A DNA stretch of 64,000 nucleotides, taken from the IMG/VR virus record IMGVR_UViG_2974620381_000001, positions 48,928-112,927 of that record; one strand, given 5' to 3'. This document shows, piece by piece, positions 29,125 through 37,362 of the stretch. The position numbers were made by a program, and so were the translations under genes. How positions within the stretch are numbered: position 1 is the stretch's first letter; each line of letters starts with the position of its first letter. The notes under the pieces are model-generated. The model was not told the DNA's origin. It searched no databases and worked only from the letters and a program-made list of their open reading frames with translations. The stretch is from a virus (taxonomy: Duplodnaviria > Heunggongvirae > Uroviricota > Caudoviricetes > Demerecviridae).

Positions 29125-29442
29125 ATGACTTTTCATATTTTGATTGATGATGTGCGTAATCTTCACGGAATGGACATTATCATTCGAACCCCAGAAGCCG
29201 CTGTAGAGTTTCTGAATAAAACTGATACCACAGGCCATTTCGTTTATATGGATAATGACTTGGCTGTAGATGGTATGGAAGGTTATCAAATTCTTCGTTT
29301 ACTCTTAGAATTTGGGCAGAGACCAAAGAAAGTGGTACTAGTAACCTCGAACCCAGTAGCTAAGCAAAATATGCGTAATGATTTGCTTGACTTAGGGTAT
29401 AAAGAAAATCCCAATCGTGTTGAATATGATTGGCAGGAGTAA
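29125..29442 (+). CDS. hypothetical protein (CheY-like receiver-fold resemblance, weak)
   Basis: 105 aa; pattern of acidic residues (YMDNDL...GMEGYQILRLL) resembling receiver domain; promoter 29066-29094. Confidence 0.4.
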   Translation: MTFHILIDDVRNLHGMDIIIRTPEAAVEFLNKTDTTGHFVYMDNDLAVDGMEGYQILRLLLEFGQRPKKVVLVTSNPVAKQNMRNDLLDLGYKENPNRVEYDWQE

Positions 29443-29447
29443 AAAGA

Positions 29448-29897
29448 ATGAAGGCAGCTTTGCTTTTAGTAGCTGCCCTTACCTTCAGCTTTAGTAGTCA
29501 GGCATCGCACGATGCAAAAGAAATAGATTGCATTGCTAAAAATATCTATTTCGAAAGTCGTGGTGAGGGCATAAAGGGAATGACGGCGATTGCACATGTT
29601 ACTAAAAACCGTGTAAACTCCGGTAAATTCCCAGATTCCTACTGTAAAGTAGTATATCAGTCTAACCAGTTCTCTTGGGTATCTAAGAGACCAAAAGTTG
29701 ATAAAACTGATGAGGCTTGGCAAACCGCTAAGAATTTAGCTAGAGTGATATACTACGTTGATTTACCACAAGATCCTACATATGGAGCACTATACTTCCA
29801 TAGTGGTAAAGATAAACCTTACTGGACAAAGAAGTTTAAGAAAACAACTAAGATTAAGGGACATACATTTTATAAACCTGTTGTCACTAAAACTTAA
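29448..29897 (+). CDS. secreted cell-wall hydrolase, SleB-like
   Basis: N-terminal signal peptide MKAALLLVAALTFSFSSQA; IYFESRGE, AIAHVTKNRV, QFSW motifs of SleB/cell wall hydrolase family; start at ATG 29448 after GGCAGGAG. Confidence 0.55.
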   Translation: MKAALLLVAALTFSFSSQASHDAKEIDCIAKNIYFESRGEGIKGMTAIAHVTKNRVNSGKFPDSYCKVVYQSNQFSWVSKRPKVDKTDEAWQTAKNLARVIYYVDLPQDPTYGALYFHSGKDKPYWTKKFKKTTKIKGHTFYKPVVTKT

Positions 29898-29905
29898 AAA
29901 TTTAC

Positions 29906-29934
29906 TTGCTTAAATACTTAAATTTCCGTATAAT
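29906..29934 (+). promoter_or_regulatory. T5-type promoter
   Basis: TTGCTT-17-TATAAT. Confidence 0.6.
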
Positions 29935-29965
29935 ACTTCCATAAATTAATGAGAGGAAGCGAAAT

Positions 29966-30136
29966 ATGAAATCAGTTGTAATTATTGGTGTTAACACTCG
30001 CGGTATTCGTACTACGAAAACTGTTAAAACTTCTAACGTTGCTGAAATCACTACGAACCCTAAAAAGTTTGATTTCGCCAAAGTCTCAGCAGTTATGACA
30101 GAACAATCTTTTAACCAAGCGTTAGGAATGAAATAA
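29966..30136 (+). CDS. hypothetical small protein
   Basis: 56-aa ORF (below ORF-track cutoff) after T5-type promoter 29906-29934 and GAGAGGAAG SD. Confidence 0.4.
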   Translation: MKSVVIIGVNTRGIRTTKTVKTSNVAEITTNPKKFDFAKVSAVMTEQSFNQALGMK

Positions 30137-30579
30137 TGGAAGAGAATATTTTAGATGTTTTGCGTAGAGCTTTGCAGGATTCTAAGTTTAATGGTTCTGA
30201 TAAAGAAGTCGCTAAAAGCTATCAGACTATAATCGGGGATCTTCAGCGTATTGATAAAGATTTCATCACTTCTGAACAATTTGTGTCTTATCTCAAAGCT
30301 CAACTAAAAAGCATTAACCAGATGAAAGCTAAACTTCATGGTCAAGATCTTGATAGTTATAGCTTGCAGTCCGCTCAGTATGAATACATTCTAAATAAGT
30401 GGTTGCAGGAGTATCTGCCTCCTCAGTTATCTGATACTGAGATTCGTAAATACTTTGCAGAATTAGTTAAGCTAAACCCTGGAATTACAAAAGGTATGCT
30501 GATGAAAGCGATTAAGGAAGAATTTCCTGGGCGTTATGATGGTGGTACTGCTGCTCAGATTGCTGGCGAATTTAATTAA
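30136..30579 (+). CDS. hypothetical protein
   Basis: 147-aa ORF, start overlaps previous stop. Confidence 0.5.
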   Translation: MEENILDVLRRALQDSKFNGSDKEVAKSYQTIIGDLQRIDKDFITSEQFVSYLKAQLKSINQMKAKLHGQDLDSYSLQSAQYEYILNKWLQEYLPPQLSDTEIRKYFAELVKLNPGITKGMLMKAIKEEFPGRYDGGTAAQIAGEFN

Positions 30580-30587
30580 AAATTTAT

Positions 30588-30616
30588 TTGCTAAATGCTT
30601 ATAAATTCTGTATAAT
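30588..30616 (+). promoter_or_regulatory. T5-type promoter driving non-coding leader and tRNA cluster
   Basis: TTGCTA-17-TATAAT. Confidence 0.6.
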
Positions 30617-30622
30617 ATATTC

Positions 30623-30850
30623 ATAAATTAGAGAACAGCGAGCCGATTACGCTGAACTTGTCTTAATGTAAGATGCGTCGAGCACTAAGATTCGTTGAAT
30701 AGAGTCGGTGGGTTAGTTGTAAAACTAGTACACAGGGGGCGGCAATCCCGGTTAGTGGCTAGAACGTGTAAAATGAGGCGTCTGAAACCTCTCCCCTAAA
30801 CTCTTCTCTAATTTATAAATAGTGGGGTGTGGAAATCACTTATGTAGTAA
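30623..30850 (+). ncRNA. promoter-driven untranslated leader / candidate small RNA preceding the tRNA cluster
   Basis: Strong T5-type promoter 30588-30616 followed by ~230 nt without credible ORF (longest 9 codons). Confidence 0.35.
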
Positions 30851-30854
30851 CACT

Positions 30855-30926
30855 GCCGTCCTAGTATAATTGGTATTATCAAGCCGTAACTGGTGGAAGA
30901 TGTAGGTTCGAATCCTACGGTCGGTA
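30855..30926 (+). tRNA. tRNA-like element; canonical T-arm, anticodon arm not resolvable
   Basis: T-arm GTAGG-TTCGAAT-CCTAC at 30902-30918; acceptor GCCGTCC/GGTCGGT with one U-U mismatch; no encoded CCA. Confidence 0.3.
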
Positions 30927-31428
30927 AGAACTGGATAACTGATGCTTTTAACGTAAAAGCTTCCGAGGTTAGTTGCGCACTGCCTAAACCACGCGGTAGT
31001 TGGTTCCAGACTAACCAACCAGTCTGCTGAATAGTTTTATTACGATTTAACTATGTCCAGACTAAAGAAGAACTTTAGAAGGTATTCTAGGATAGTGAAG
31101 TTCTTTCTCCATATCGGAGTAGTTTTTCAGGCTATCCATAAAGTGGGAAATGCTGACATGAGAGATGTCACTAATGGTGCACAATAGCACAGGTAATTCG
31201 CGATAACTCCTGTTGAGTAGCAGCAAAAGGCGGGAAGTCATGACCCCAAGCCTAACCGAGTCCTCAATATACCGCAGGACATAACCACTAAGTCACCCTG
31301 ACTTAAACTGGAAAATAATAGACGTTACTGTATTTTGTCTTGAAATACTTAATGAGTGAGACTTATGACTCTCCCGGTATCGTCTGTATTTTTAAGAGTT
31401 TTTACGAGAGTTCTTAAAAATACTTAAA

Positions 31429-31500
31429 CGGGGTGTAGTCTAAGGGAGAGGCAGGAGTCTTCTAAATTCCTTTATGCAGGTTCGAATCCTGTCACCTCGG
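31429..31500 (+). tRNA. tRNA-Arg (anticodon TCT)
   Basis: Hand-folded cloverleaf: acceptor CGGGGTG/CACCTCG, anticodon loop CTTCTAA, T-loop TTCGAAT, encoded CCA 31501-31503. Confidence 0.7.
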
Positions 31501-31537
31501 CCAATTTTATTAACTGTAACTAAAACAAAGGAAATAT

Positions 31538-32485
31538 ATGTTTGCTACTAAAAATATGAAAGAACTGACTTCTGAGCAGAAAGTAATTCGTACTATTAAA
31601 CGTTGGGGTATTGGTGCTGTAGTTGGTTTAGCAGGTTTAATCCTAGCTCTTAATTCATATACTATTGTTTCTGATGGTACGGTTAAAACCCAAACATTCC
31701 TGGGTAAAGTAGACCCTAATCCAGTATTGCCGGGTTTCCATCTTGTAAACCCGTTTGCATCTTTCGATACTTTTAGTACAAAAGATATTGCTGTAAAATT
31801 AGATAAACTTCAGGTTCCTAGTCAGGATAAATTTAAATCCACTGTTGACCTGACTGTTATGTTGCAGTTTGATGGTTCTAAGGCACCAATTAACCGTATT
31901 AACGCAGGTACTCAGGATCAGGCGCTAGACAAGTATGTAACTGAAAAATTACTGTCTACTATTCGTGAGTTTGGTAAGTCTGTACCTAAAGCACAAGATT
32001 TGTTTGATGCTAAAATTCAGGCTCAATTGCAAACTGCAATTCAACAGGAAGTTGAAGAGTATGCACGCCCATATGGTTATACAGTTAAGCAGGTATTCCT
32101 TCAGGATATTACTTTGCCACCAGTAATCATGGAACAGGTACAGAATACCAAAGTTCGTGAAGAGCAAGTTAATGCTGCGAAAGCTGAACTGGTTCGTGTT
32201 GAACAAGAAGCACAGCAGAAGGTTAAACAAGCAGAAGCAGATCGCGAAGCTCGTAATAACCAAGCTATTGCTAACGAACGTGACGCAGATGCTAAACTAT
32301 ATGCAGCTAAGAAAGAAGCTGAAGCTAACGCCGCATTGCAACGTACCATTACTCCTGAGATGATTCGCTGGAAGCAACTGGAAGTTGAAATGATTCGTGC
32401 TCAGAAATACCAAGGTGGTGTACCTCAAACTGTGGTTGGTACTGGCTACGATGGCCAAATGATCATGGATATGCGTAATAAATAA
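31538..32485 (+). CDS. SPFH/band-7 (prohibitin/HflC-like) membrane protein
   Basis: 315 aa; N-terminal TM helix, SPFH domain, long E/Q/A-rich coiled coil; tandem terminators 32508-32545 and 32562-32600. Confidence 0.65.
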   Translation: MFATKNMKELTSEQKVIRTIKRWGIGAVVGLAGLILALNSYTIVSDGTVKTQTFLGKVDPNPVLPGFHLVNPFASFDTFSTKDIAVKLDKLQVPSQDKFKSTVDLTVMLQFDGSKAPINRINAGTQDQALDKYVTEKLLSTIREFGKSVPKAQDLFDAKIQAQLQTAIQQEVEEYARPYGYTVKQVFLQDITLPPVIMEQVQNTKVREEQVNAAKAELVRVEQEAQQKVKQAEADREARNNQAIANERDADAKLYAAKKEAEANAALQRTITPEMIRWKQLEVEMIRAQKYQGGVPQTVVGTGYDGQMIMDMRNK

Positions 32486-32507
32486 TATCCGTACGTAACA
32501 TCTGAAG

Positions 32508-32600
32508 TAAGCCCTGCGTTCCCTGGAGAGCGCAGGGCTTTTCTGTATTTAAGATAAAAGAAAAGCCCCTAAGTCTTTCGACTAGGGGCTTTATTGTTTG
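32508..32600. terminator. two tandem hairpin terminators between convergent SPFH and Q-rich genes (second one bidirectional)
   Basis: GCCCTGCG...CGCAGGGC+TTTTCTG and GCCCCTAG...CTAGGGGC flanked by T-runs on both strands. Confidence 0.6.
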
Positions 32601-32809
32601 GTTCCTTAGAACCATATACTCTTGTTACAGCAACCACCCATACGGGAGGCCAATCTTGACTGAAAATCTACTCTAGGGGGCAGGATAAGAGTAGGCTTAA
32701 AGGCAAACGGATTGAACGCCGGTATTTGCGTAAACATTGCTGGAGAGCAACAACGTGCTACAGGCATTGGGCAGCACGAAACAGATTTTCTGCAACACAT
32801 AATTTCTCC

Positions 32810-33238
32810 TTAGGAGTTATTACCACCATTTTGAGCTTTTGCAACTTGGCTTTGGCAGAAGCTATTAAACTTACCCATAAGTGATACAAGCTGTTTCCCA
32901 TCCTCTGTCTTTGCGAAGTCTTCGAAAAGGGCTAGTACTGCCTGTCCTTCCGCAGAAACCTGCGGTTGTTGGGTTTGCTGCTGAACTTGCTGCTGAACTT
33001 GCTGCTGCGGCATCTGTTGCTGCATTTGTTGAGGCATTTGCGACTGCCCGCTCATTTGCTGCACCATTTGCATAGGACTCACACTCCCAGGGTTTTGCTG
33101 GAGTTGTTGCTGCATCTGTTGCGCTTCTGCTAAACGCTGTTGCAATTGTTGTAGGTAGGGGTTATCCAGACCAGGCATGGGCTGCTGGGAGCCCATGCTT
33201 TGATTAAGTCCGTTATTTACAAAACCATATTTACTCAT
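32810..33238 (-). CDS. Gln-rich low-complexity protein
   Basis: 142 aa; >35% Q; GGGGAGGA SD right after upstream stop; GC-richer codon usage than flanks. Confidence 0.5.
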   Translation of the reverse strand: MSKYGFVNNGLNQSMGSQQPMPGLDNPYLQQLQQRLAEAQQMQQQLQQNPGSVSPMQMVQQMSGQSQMPQQMQQQMPQQQVQQQVQQQTQQPQVSAEGQAVLALFEDFAKTEDGKQLVSLMGKFNSFCQSQVAKAQNGGNNS

Positions 33239-33259
33239 AATGGGCTCCTCCCCTTAATA

Positions 33260-34255
33260 TTAAGCCGGCAGTTTAGCCTGCAGACCAGCCAGAGTCTGAG
33301 TGATAGCACCAAGACTTACAGCGATTTGATTAATTACCTGACCGTTAGCACCGTTACCCGCAGCGATTGCTTCACGTAGACGACATGCATCTAACTCATC
33401 CTGAATACGAGCAGTAGTTACACCAGCGATCGCAGTCTGAAGTTCACAGCAACATTCAGCGATCTGACGTTCCAGAGAGTTCTGGTTAGCACACATCTGA
33501 GCCTGAACAGCGGCAAACTGATTATTAGTTTGTAAAGTCTGCTGGAAAGCGATCTGTGCAGAATCAAACTTATCTTGTGCACGAGCTATCTGATTAGCTG
33601 CGAAAGATTGATCAATCTGGCGAGAAAGATCGAACTGACCCTGAATAACATTGCGAGTTTCCTGGCAGATCTGATTAGACAGATTAGCACCTGTACCATA
33701 GATCGTAGTTAGTACAGACTGAGTATCACGGCTCTGGTTTTGGGATGTCTGGCTAAAACCATTGTTAACTGCGCTTAAAACAGCTCCAGTACCCTGGTTA
33801 GCTTCTGTACGAGTAGTGTTAATAGCTGCTAGAATACTAGCGGTATCTTGGTTCTGAAGTACTGCATCAACTGCGGTACCATCACCAACTACACCACGTC
33901 CACCGAATCCACCGAATCCACCGAATCCGCCTGTTAGTAGAGCACCGATTAGGATAGCTCCGAATAGTCCCATACCTTCACCACCGAAAGCACCTGCGTT
34001 TGCTGGGTAACCACCCAGTAGGCCAGGGAAGCCACTAGTGAATACGTTTACTGGTTCTTGCATTTTATGTTTTCCATATTTATGACAATGTTCATCATCA
34101 TCTTCTTCTTCATCATCGTGTTCACGATGTTTCTCTTCGTAGGCTCTGACCTTCTCCCACTTTTTCTTATCTGATTCCTCGTGACGGTGCAGTTCTGCTG
34201 CAACGCTAGCGACGGTCTCAGGACTCTTAGCTACTTCTTCTGTCATTTTTGACAC
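33260..34255 (-). CDS. low-complexity protein: acidic/His N-terminus, Gly-rich hydrophobic segment (GGFGGFGGFGG), Q/N/T-rich C-terminal region
   Basis: 331 aa; own sigma70-like promoter TTGACA-17-TAAAGT on minus strand (34308-34336), AGGAGGTG SD. Confidence 0.55.
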   Translation of the reverse strand: MSKMTEEVAKSPETVASVAAELHRHEESDKKKWEKVRAYEEKHREHDDEEEDDDEHCHKYGKHKMQEPVNVFTSGFPGLLGGYPANAGAFGGEGMGLFGAILIGALLTGGFGGFGGFGGRGVVGDGTAVDAVLQNQDTASILAAINTTRTEANQGTGAVLSAVNNGFSQTSQNQSRDTQSVLTTIYGTGANLSNQICQETRNVIQGQFDLSRQIDQSFAANQIARAQDKFDSAQIAFQQTLQTNNQFAAVQAQMCANQNSLERQIAECCCELQTAIAGVTTARIQDELDACRLREAIAAGNGANGQVINQIAVSLGAITQTLAGLQAKLPA

Positions 34256-34307
34256 CTCCTAGTATGTAGAAAATGTGTGTCTCTTTGATCACTCATCCAT
34301 AACATAT

Positions 34308-34336
34308 ACTTTATACTACTCCAGCGAAAATGTCAA
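34308..34336 (-). promoter_or_regulatory. sigma70-like promoter TTGACA-17-TAAAGT for the 331-aa low-complexity protein gene
   Basis: Hexamers on minus strand; differs from the T5 early-promoter style used elsewhere. Confidence 0.5.
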
Positions 34337-34452
34337 GGGGTCTTTAAAAATTGCCCCCGGATTTTTAGTGGGGTCACAAATTTTGGTCCTCACCACTTAT
34401 CTGCTACCCTTAAGCGCCCTATGATTTTCCTCTAAAAAGTTAAAAAATTTGA

Positions 34453-34481
34453 TTGCTTGAATGCTAAATTCTCTGTATAAT
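34453..34481 (+). promoter_or_regulatory. T5-type promoter
   Basis: TTGCTT-17-TATAAT. Confidence 0.6.
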
Positions 34482-34511
34482 ATATCTATAAATTTGAGAG
34501 AGGAACCAAAT

Positions 34512-35030
34512 ATGAATGTTGATGAGCTAACACAGCACCTCTTATCTATGGGATTTGATACTGATAAATATCATTGCTGGTTAAGTCCGGAAGGATGGCT
34601 AACAGTCCCGTTGTATGATTTCTCTGGGATGTTGAGGGGCTATCAAACTTATAATCCTTCTGCTCCAAAAGGTCATGGTAAGTGCCCCTTTGAAGCTAAA
34701 TACTTTACTTATTCTACCACCCAGTGTGTATGGGGACTAGAAACTCTCAATGGAGATGAAAAAGTAGTATTGATCGCTGAATCTGTATTTAAGGCAGTTG
34801 CGTTACATAACGCTGGGTATCCAGCCCTGGCAATGTTGGGTTCTTCTCCAGGAAAAGCGTTATTAAAGCAACTGAAATTACTACCTTTTAAATTGGTAGC
34901 TGTCGGAGATAATGATCCTGCGGGTGAAAAATTTGCTAGAAAATTAAACGGCTTTGTTTCTCCTGTAGATGTGGATGAGATGTCTACCGAAAACTTGAAA
35001 AATTTTCTTGCTATGAAGCTAAATTTCTAA
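34512..35030 (+). CDS. Toprim-domain protein (primase-like)
   Basis: 172 aa; VVLIAESVFKAVAL (E) ... LVAVGDNDPAGEKFARKL (DxD) Toprim motifs; start moved to ATG 34512 after GAGAGGAACC (track start is inside promoter). Confidence 0.5.
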   Translation: MNVDELTQHLLSMGFDTDKYHCWLSPEGWLTVPLYDFSGMLRGYQTYNPSAPKGHGKCPFEAKYFTYSTTQCVWGLETLNGDEKVVLIAESVFKAVALHNAGYPALAMLGSSPGKALLKQLKLLPFKLVAVGDNDPAGEKFARKLNGFVSPVDVDEMSTENLKNFLAMKLNF

Positions 35031-35036
35031 TATAAT
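35008..35036 (+). promoter_or_regulatory. T5-type promoter driving tRNA-Ser/tRNA-Met
   Basis: TTGCTA-17-TATAAT overlapping 3' end of the Toprim gene. Confidence 0.6.
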
Positions 35037-35051
35037 ATATCTTATAAATTC

Positions 35052-35137
35052 GGAAGAATAGCATAACGGTATTGCAGCAGATTGCTAATCTGTCGGTTTG
35101 AAATATAGCCTTGTGGGTTCGATTCCCACTTCTTCCG
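35052..35137 (+). tRNA. tRNA-Ser (anticodon GCT)
   Basis: Acceptor GGAAGAA/TTCTTCC, anticodon loop TTGCTAA, long variable arm, T-loop TTCGATT, CCA encoded. Confidence 0.7.
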
Positions 35138-35146
35138 CCAGATTTT

Positions 35147-35221
35147 GGTTCTCAAGCTCATATGGTATGAGCACCCGGCTCATAACCGGAAGGTACGTAG
35201 GTTCGAATCCTCGGGGAGCCA
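35147..35221 (+). tRNA. tRNA-Met (anticodon CAT; fMet, Met or Ile2 not distinguishable)
   Basis: Acceptor GGTTCTC/GGGAGCC (2 G-U), anticodon loop CTCATAA, T-loop TTCGAAT, CCA encoded. Confidence 0.6.
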
Positions 35222-35243
35222 CCAAATTAAATAAGGACAATTA

Positions 35244-35432
35244 ATGGAATTATTCATAGTTTCTGTTAAATTTGCACAAGATAGAGAACGTTCGGACGAG
35301 TTTAAACAAGGGTACAGACTAGTAAAGGCTACATCCGAACTCCATGCTATGGACAAAGTAGTAGACTATATGTATAATGTAGAAGATGTTTACTACGTCA
35401 ATGCTTTAGAAGCCTCAAAAGTAATTGACTAA
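35244..35432 (+). CDS. hypothetical protein
   Basis: 62-aa ORF after tRNA pair. Confidence 0.4.
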   Translation: MELFIVSVKFAQDRERSDEFKQGYRLVKATSELHAMDKVVDYMYNVEDVYYVNALEASKVID

Positions 35433-35441
35433 GGAGACTAT

Positions 35442-35627
35442 ATGTCCAAGTTTCAAGAACTCAAGCAAGAGCTAGAAGAGTGTGCCTGCCCTGAGTGTAG
35501 GGGAATTGGTGAAAGTTCTGATGCAGAAGCAGGAGATACTTTTTGCAATATCTGGGTTTGCCCAAATTGCAATGGTACAGGTATTAATCCTAACTGTGGT
35601 ATTTCTCTAGATATTGAAAGAGGATAA
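35442..35627 (+). CDS. small zinc-finger protein with DnaJ-type CxxCxGxG repeats
   Basis: 61 aa; CPECRGIG and CPNCNGTG motifs. Confidence 0.45.
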   Translation: MSKFQELKQELEECACPECRGIGESSDAEAGDTFCNIWVCPNCNGTGINPNCGISLDIERG

Positions 35628-35727
35628 TACCTGTGAAACTAAAAGATTATTATATTGGTTGGTTTGTGGGACTAGTAGTAGGATTTTCACTAGGCTATAA
35701 TATGTATCAACTAATAAACTGATTACA

Positions 35728-35801
35728 CGGGGGGTGTAATCGAATTGGCATAGGTACTGGACTTAAAATTCAGGTTTTGTGGGTTCGAATCCCACCACCC
35801 C
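35728..35801 (+). tRNA. tRNA with anticodon TAA (Leu-type anticodon) but short variable arm
   Basis: Acceptor GGGGGTG/CACCCCT, anticodon stem CTGGA/TTCAG with loop CTTAAAA, T-arm GTGGG-TTCGAAT-CCCAC, CCA encoded; D-arm poorly paired. Confidence 0.5.
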
Positions 35802-35821
35802 TACCAAATTAAGGAAATAAG

Positions 35822-35989
35822 ATGTATAGACATCCACCTCCGCCAACACGTCGTTCTAGGGAAGTCATCCTTATGGAATTGACTAAAAACTTCAAGGCAA
35901 CTCTTGAAGATAGAGATCTAGGCACGGATGAAGATATTGATTTTATTTGTAGACTATTAAAGATGAAACTGGAGAAACAACATGGCTAA
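35822..35989 (+). CDS. hypothetical small protein
   Basis: 55-aa ORF with AAGGA SD, overlaps next ORF start. Confidence 0.35.
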   Translation: MYRHPPPPTRRSREVILMELTKNFKATLEDRDLGTDEDIDFICRLLKMKLEKQHG

Positions 35990-36188
35990 TCCTGAAATTA
36001 CCGCACAACGTTTCATGCTTAAAGGCATGATTGCTGAGGCAGGTATAACTCAAGAGGTTGCAGATTTTCATAAGCAATTTCTTGACATTATAACTCTAGC
36101 TAAAGAGACTGGAGAAAAAGAACATGGAGCGGCAATTATGGCTATATCTCTTATTAGTCTAGACTTGGCTGAAGAATCTGGAGTTTAG
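35982..36188 (+). CDS. hypothetical protein
   Basis: 68-aa ORF. Confidence 0.4.
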   Translation: MANPEITAQRFMLKGMIAEAGITQEVADFHKQFLDIITLAKETGEKEHGAAIMAISLISLDLAEESGV

Positions 36189-36278
36189 CTCCTCCAAACA
36201 GAATTTTTAAAAATGTACTTGCCTTTTGCTTTAAATTTCTGATATAATAGTTATATAAATTGATGAAGGAGTTAACTA

Positions 36279-36554
36279 ATGCAAAATCGTGTTATAGCAG
36301 CTGGTATTGAAAGTGCAATCTGTAAATCCTGGGAAGGCTGGGAAGGTGAGATTGAATGGCTTTATTTCTATGATGTAGAACTTCTGCCGGAAGTTAAAGC
36401 TAAATGTGTTGAAGCTGGCATGGCTCCGGATGCAAAAGCTGATATTGATATTTCAATGTCTGAACTTAAAGGTCGTGTAGTTACCGTTAGTAATGAGGGG
36501 GAAGAAGTTTTCGAACTTCCATTCTCCTTAACTGTCACTCCTAAGTTCGACTAA
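36279..36554 (+). CDS. hypothetical protein
   Basis: 91-aa ORF after promoter ~36219-36249. Confidence 0.45.
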   Translation: MQNRVIAAGIESAICKSWEGWEGEIEWLYFYDVELLPEVKAKCVEAGMAPDAKADIDISMSELKGRVVTVSNEGEEVFELPFSLTVTPKFD

Positions 36555-36590
36555 CTAATACAGCACTGAGCAAGTTCTTTAAAATTTGAC

Positions 36591-36619
36591 TTGCTCAGTG
36601 CCTTAAAACTTGGTATAAT
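36591..36619 (+). promoter_or_regulatory. T5-type promoter driving tRNA-Tyr/Glu/Trp/Phe block
   Basis: TTGCTC-17-TATAAT. Confidence 0.55.
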
Positions 36620-36685
36620 AGTTATCTAATTTGGAAACATATTTAAAAGTGTTTAAATTAGAATATTTTGAATACTTCTAAATAT

Positions 36686-36770
36686 GGGGAAATATTCTGT
36701 AAGTGGTAGCAGAGCTGACTGTAAATCAGTTGTCATTGCGACTCGGGTGGTTCGACTCCATCTTTCCCCA
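36686..36770 (+). tRNA. tRNA-Tyr (anticodon GTA)
   Basis: Acceptor GGGGAAA/TTTCCCC, anticodon loop CTGTAAA, 15-nt variable arm, T-loop TTCGACT, CCA encoded. Confidence 0.7.
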
Positions 36771-36779
36771 CCAATTTAA

Positions 36780-36853
36780 GTCCTGTTAGACAAACTGGTA
36801 AAGTCACTACCCTTTCAAGGTAGGATTTGCGGGTTCGATCCCCGCACAGGACG
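36780..36853 (+). tRNA. tRNA-Glu (anticodon TTC)
   Basis: Acceptor GTCCTGT/ACAGGAC, anticodon stem-loop CTACC-CTTTCAA-GGTAG, T-loop TTCGATC, CCA encoded. Confidence 0.75.
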
Positions 36854-36864
36854 CCAATTCCTGC

Positions 36865-36938
36865 ATTCCTAGAGTGTTACTGGACAGCATGTCGGTCTCC
36901 AAAACCGTACGGTCTAGGTTCGAGTCCTAGTAGGTTTG
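36865..36938 (+). tRNA. tRNA-Trp (anticodon CCA), acceptor stem with two U-U mismatches
   Basis: D-stem GTGT/GCAT, anticodon loop CTCCAAA, T-arm CTAGG-TTCGAGT-CCTAG, CCA encoded; acceptor ATTCCTA/TAGGTTT pairs 5/7. Confidence 0.5.
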
Positions 36939-36948
36939 CCAAAAATTT

Positions 36949-37020
36949 GCACCTTTAGCTGAGATGGATTAGCGCTTGCCTGAAGAGCTTGAGAGGTTCG
37001 TTCGATACGAACAGGGTGCA
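36949..37020 (+). tRNA. tRNA-Phe (anticodon GAA)
   Basis: Acceptor GCACCTT/AGGGTGC, anticodon loop CTGAAGA (stem has two U-U mismatches), T-arm GTTCG-TTCGATA-CGAAC, CCA encoded. Confidence 0.55.
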
Positions 37021-37039
37021 CCAAATTGAAGGAGCTGCT

Positions 37040-37304
37040 GATGCATCCTGAAAACTTCTTTATTTACTGCGCGGATAAGTCGCTGAAACGTAGAATTAAC
37101 AAAGTCTATCATTATCGTGCTAGTCAACAGCCTTATGTATATGCTTTTGATGATGATCACATTCCACTAGAACAATTATCTTGTGATTACATGATATTGA
37201 AGAACTTTGACGAGACAAAGATCTCAAGCGTTCATAATCGACAGAATCCATTAACGTGGAAATATAAGAAGAAAAAGAAAGGCATCAAATTTTTAAAAAT
37301 GTAG
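37040..37304 (+). CDS. hypothetical protein
   Basis: 88 aa; start at ATG 37040 after AAGGAG. Confidence 0.45.
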
Positions 37305-37333
37305 TTGCTTAGTTTCCAAAAGTTCTGTATAAT
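37305..37333 (+). promoter_or_regulatory. T5-type promoter
   Basis: TTGCTT-17-TATAAT. Confidence 0.6.
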
Positions 37334-37362
37334 AATTACATAAATTGAACTGGAGAAGCAAC

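Noticed and set aside
32101-32363. ORFs 31949-32263 (-), 32101-32349 (-), 32157-32363 (+)
   Set aside because: Embedded in the SPFH gene coiled-coil region. Repeat-driven spurious frames.
32606-32800. 64-aa Cys-rich minus-strand ORF
   Set aside because: No SD. Sits in the terminator-flanked spacer. Odd composition.
32881-33075. 64-aa plus-strand Ala-rich ORF
   Set aside because: Antisense mirror of the Q-rich gene (CAG/CTG repeats).
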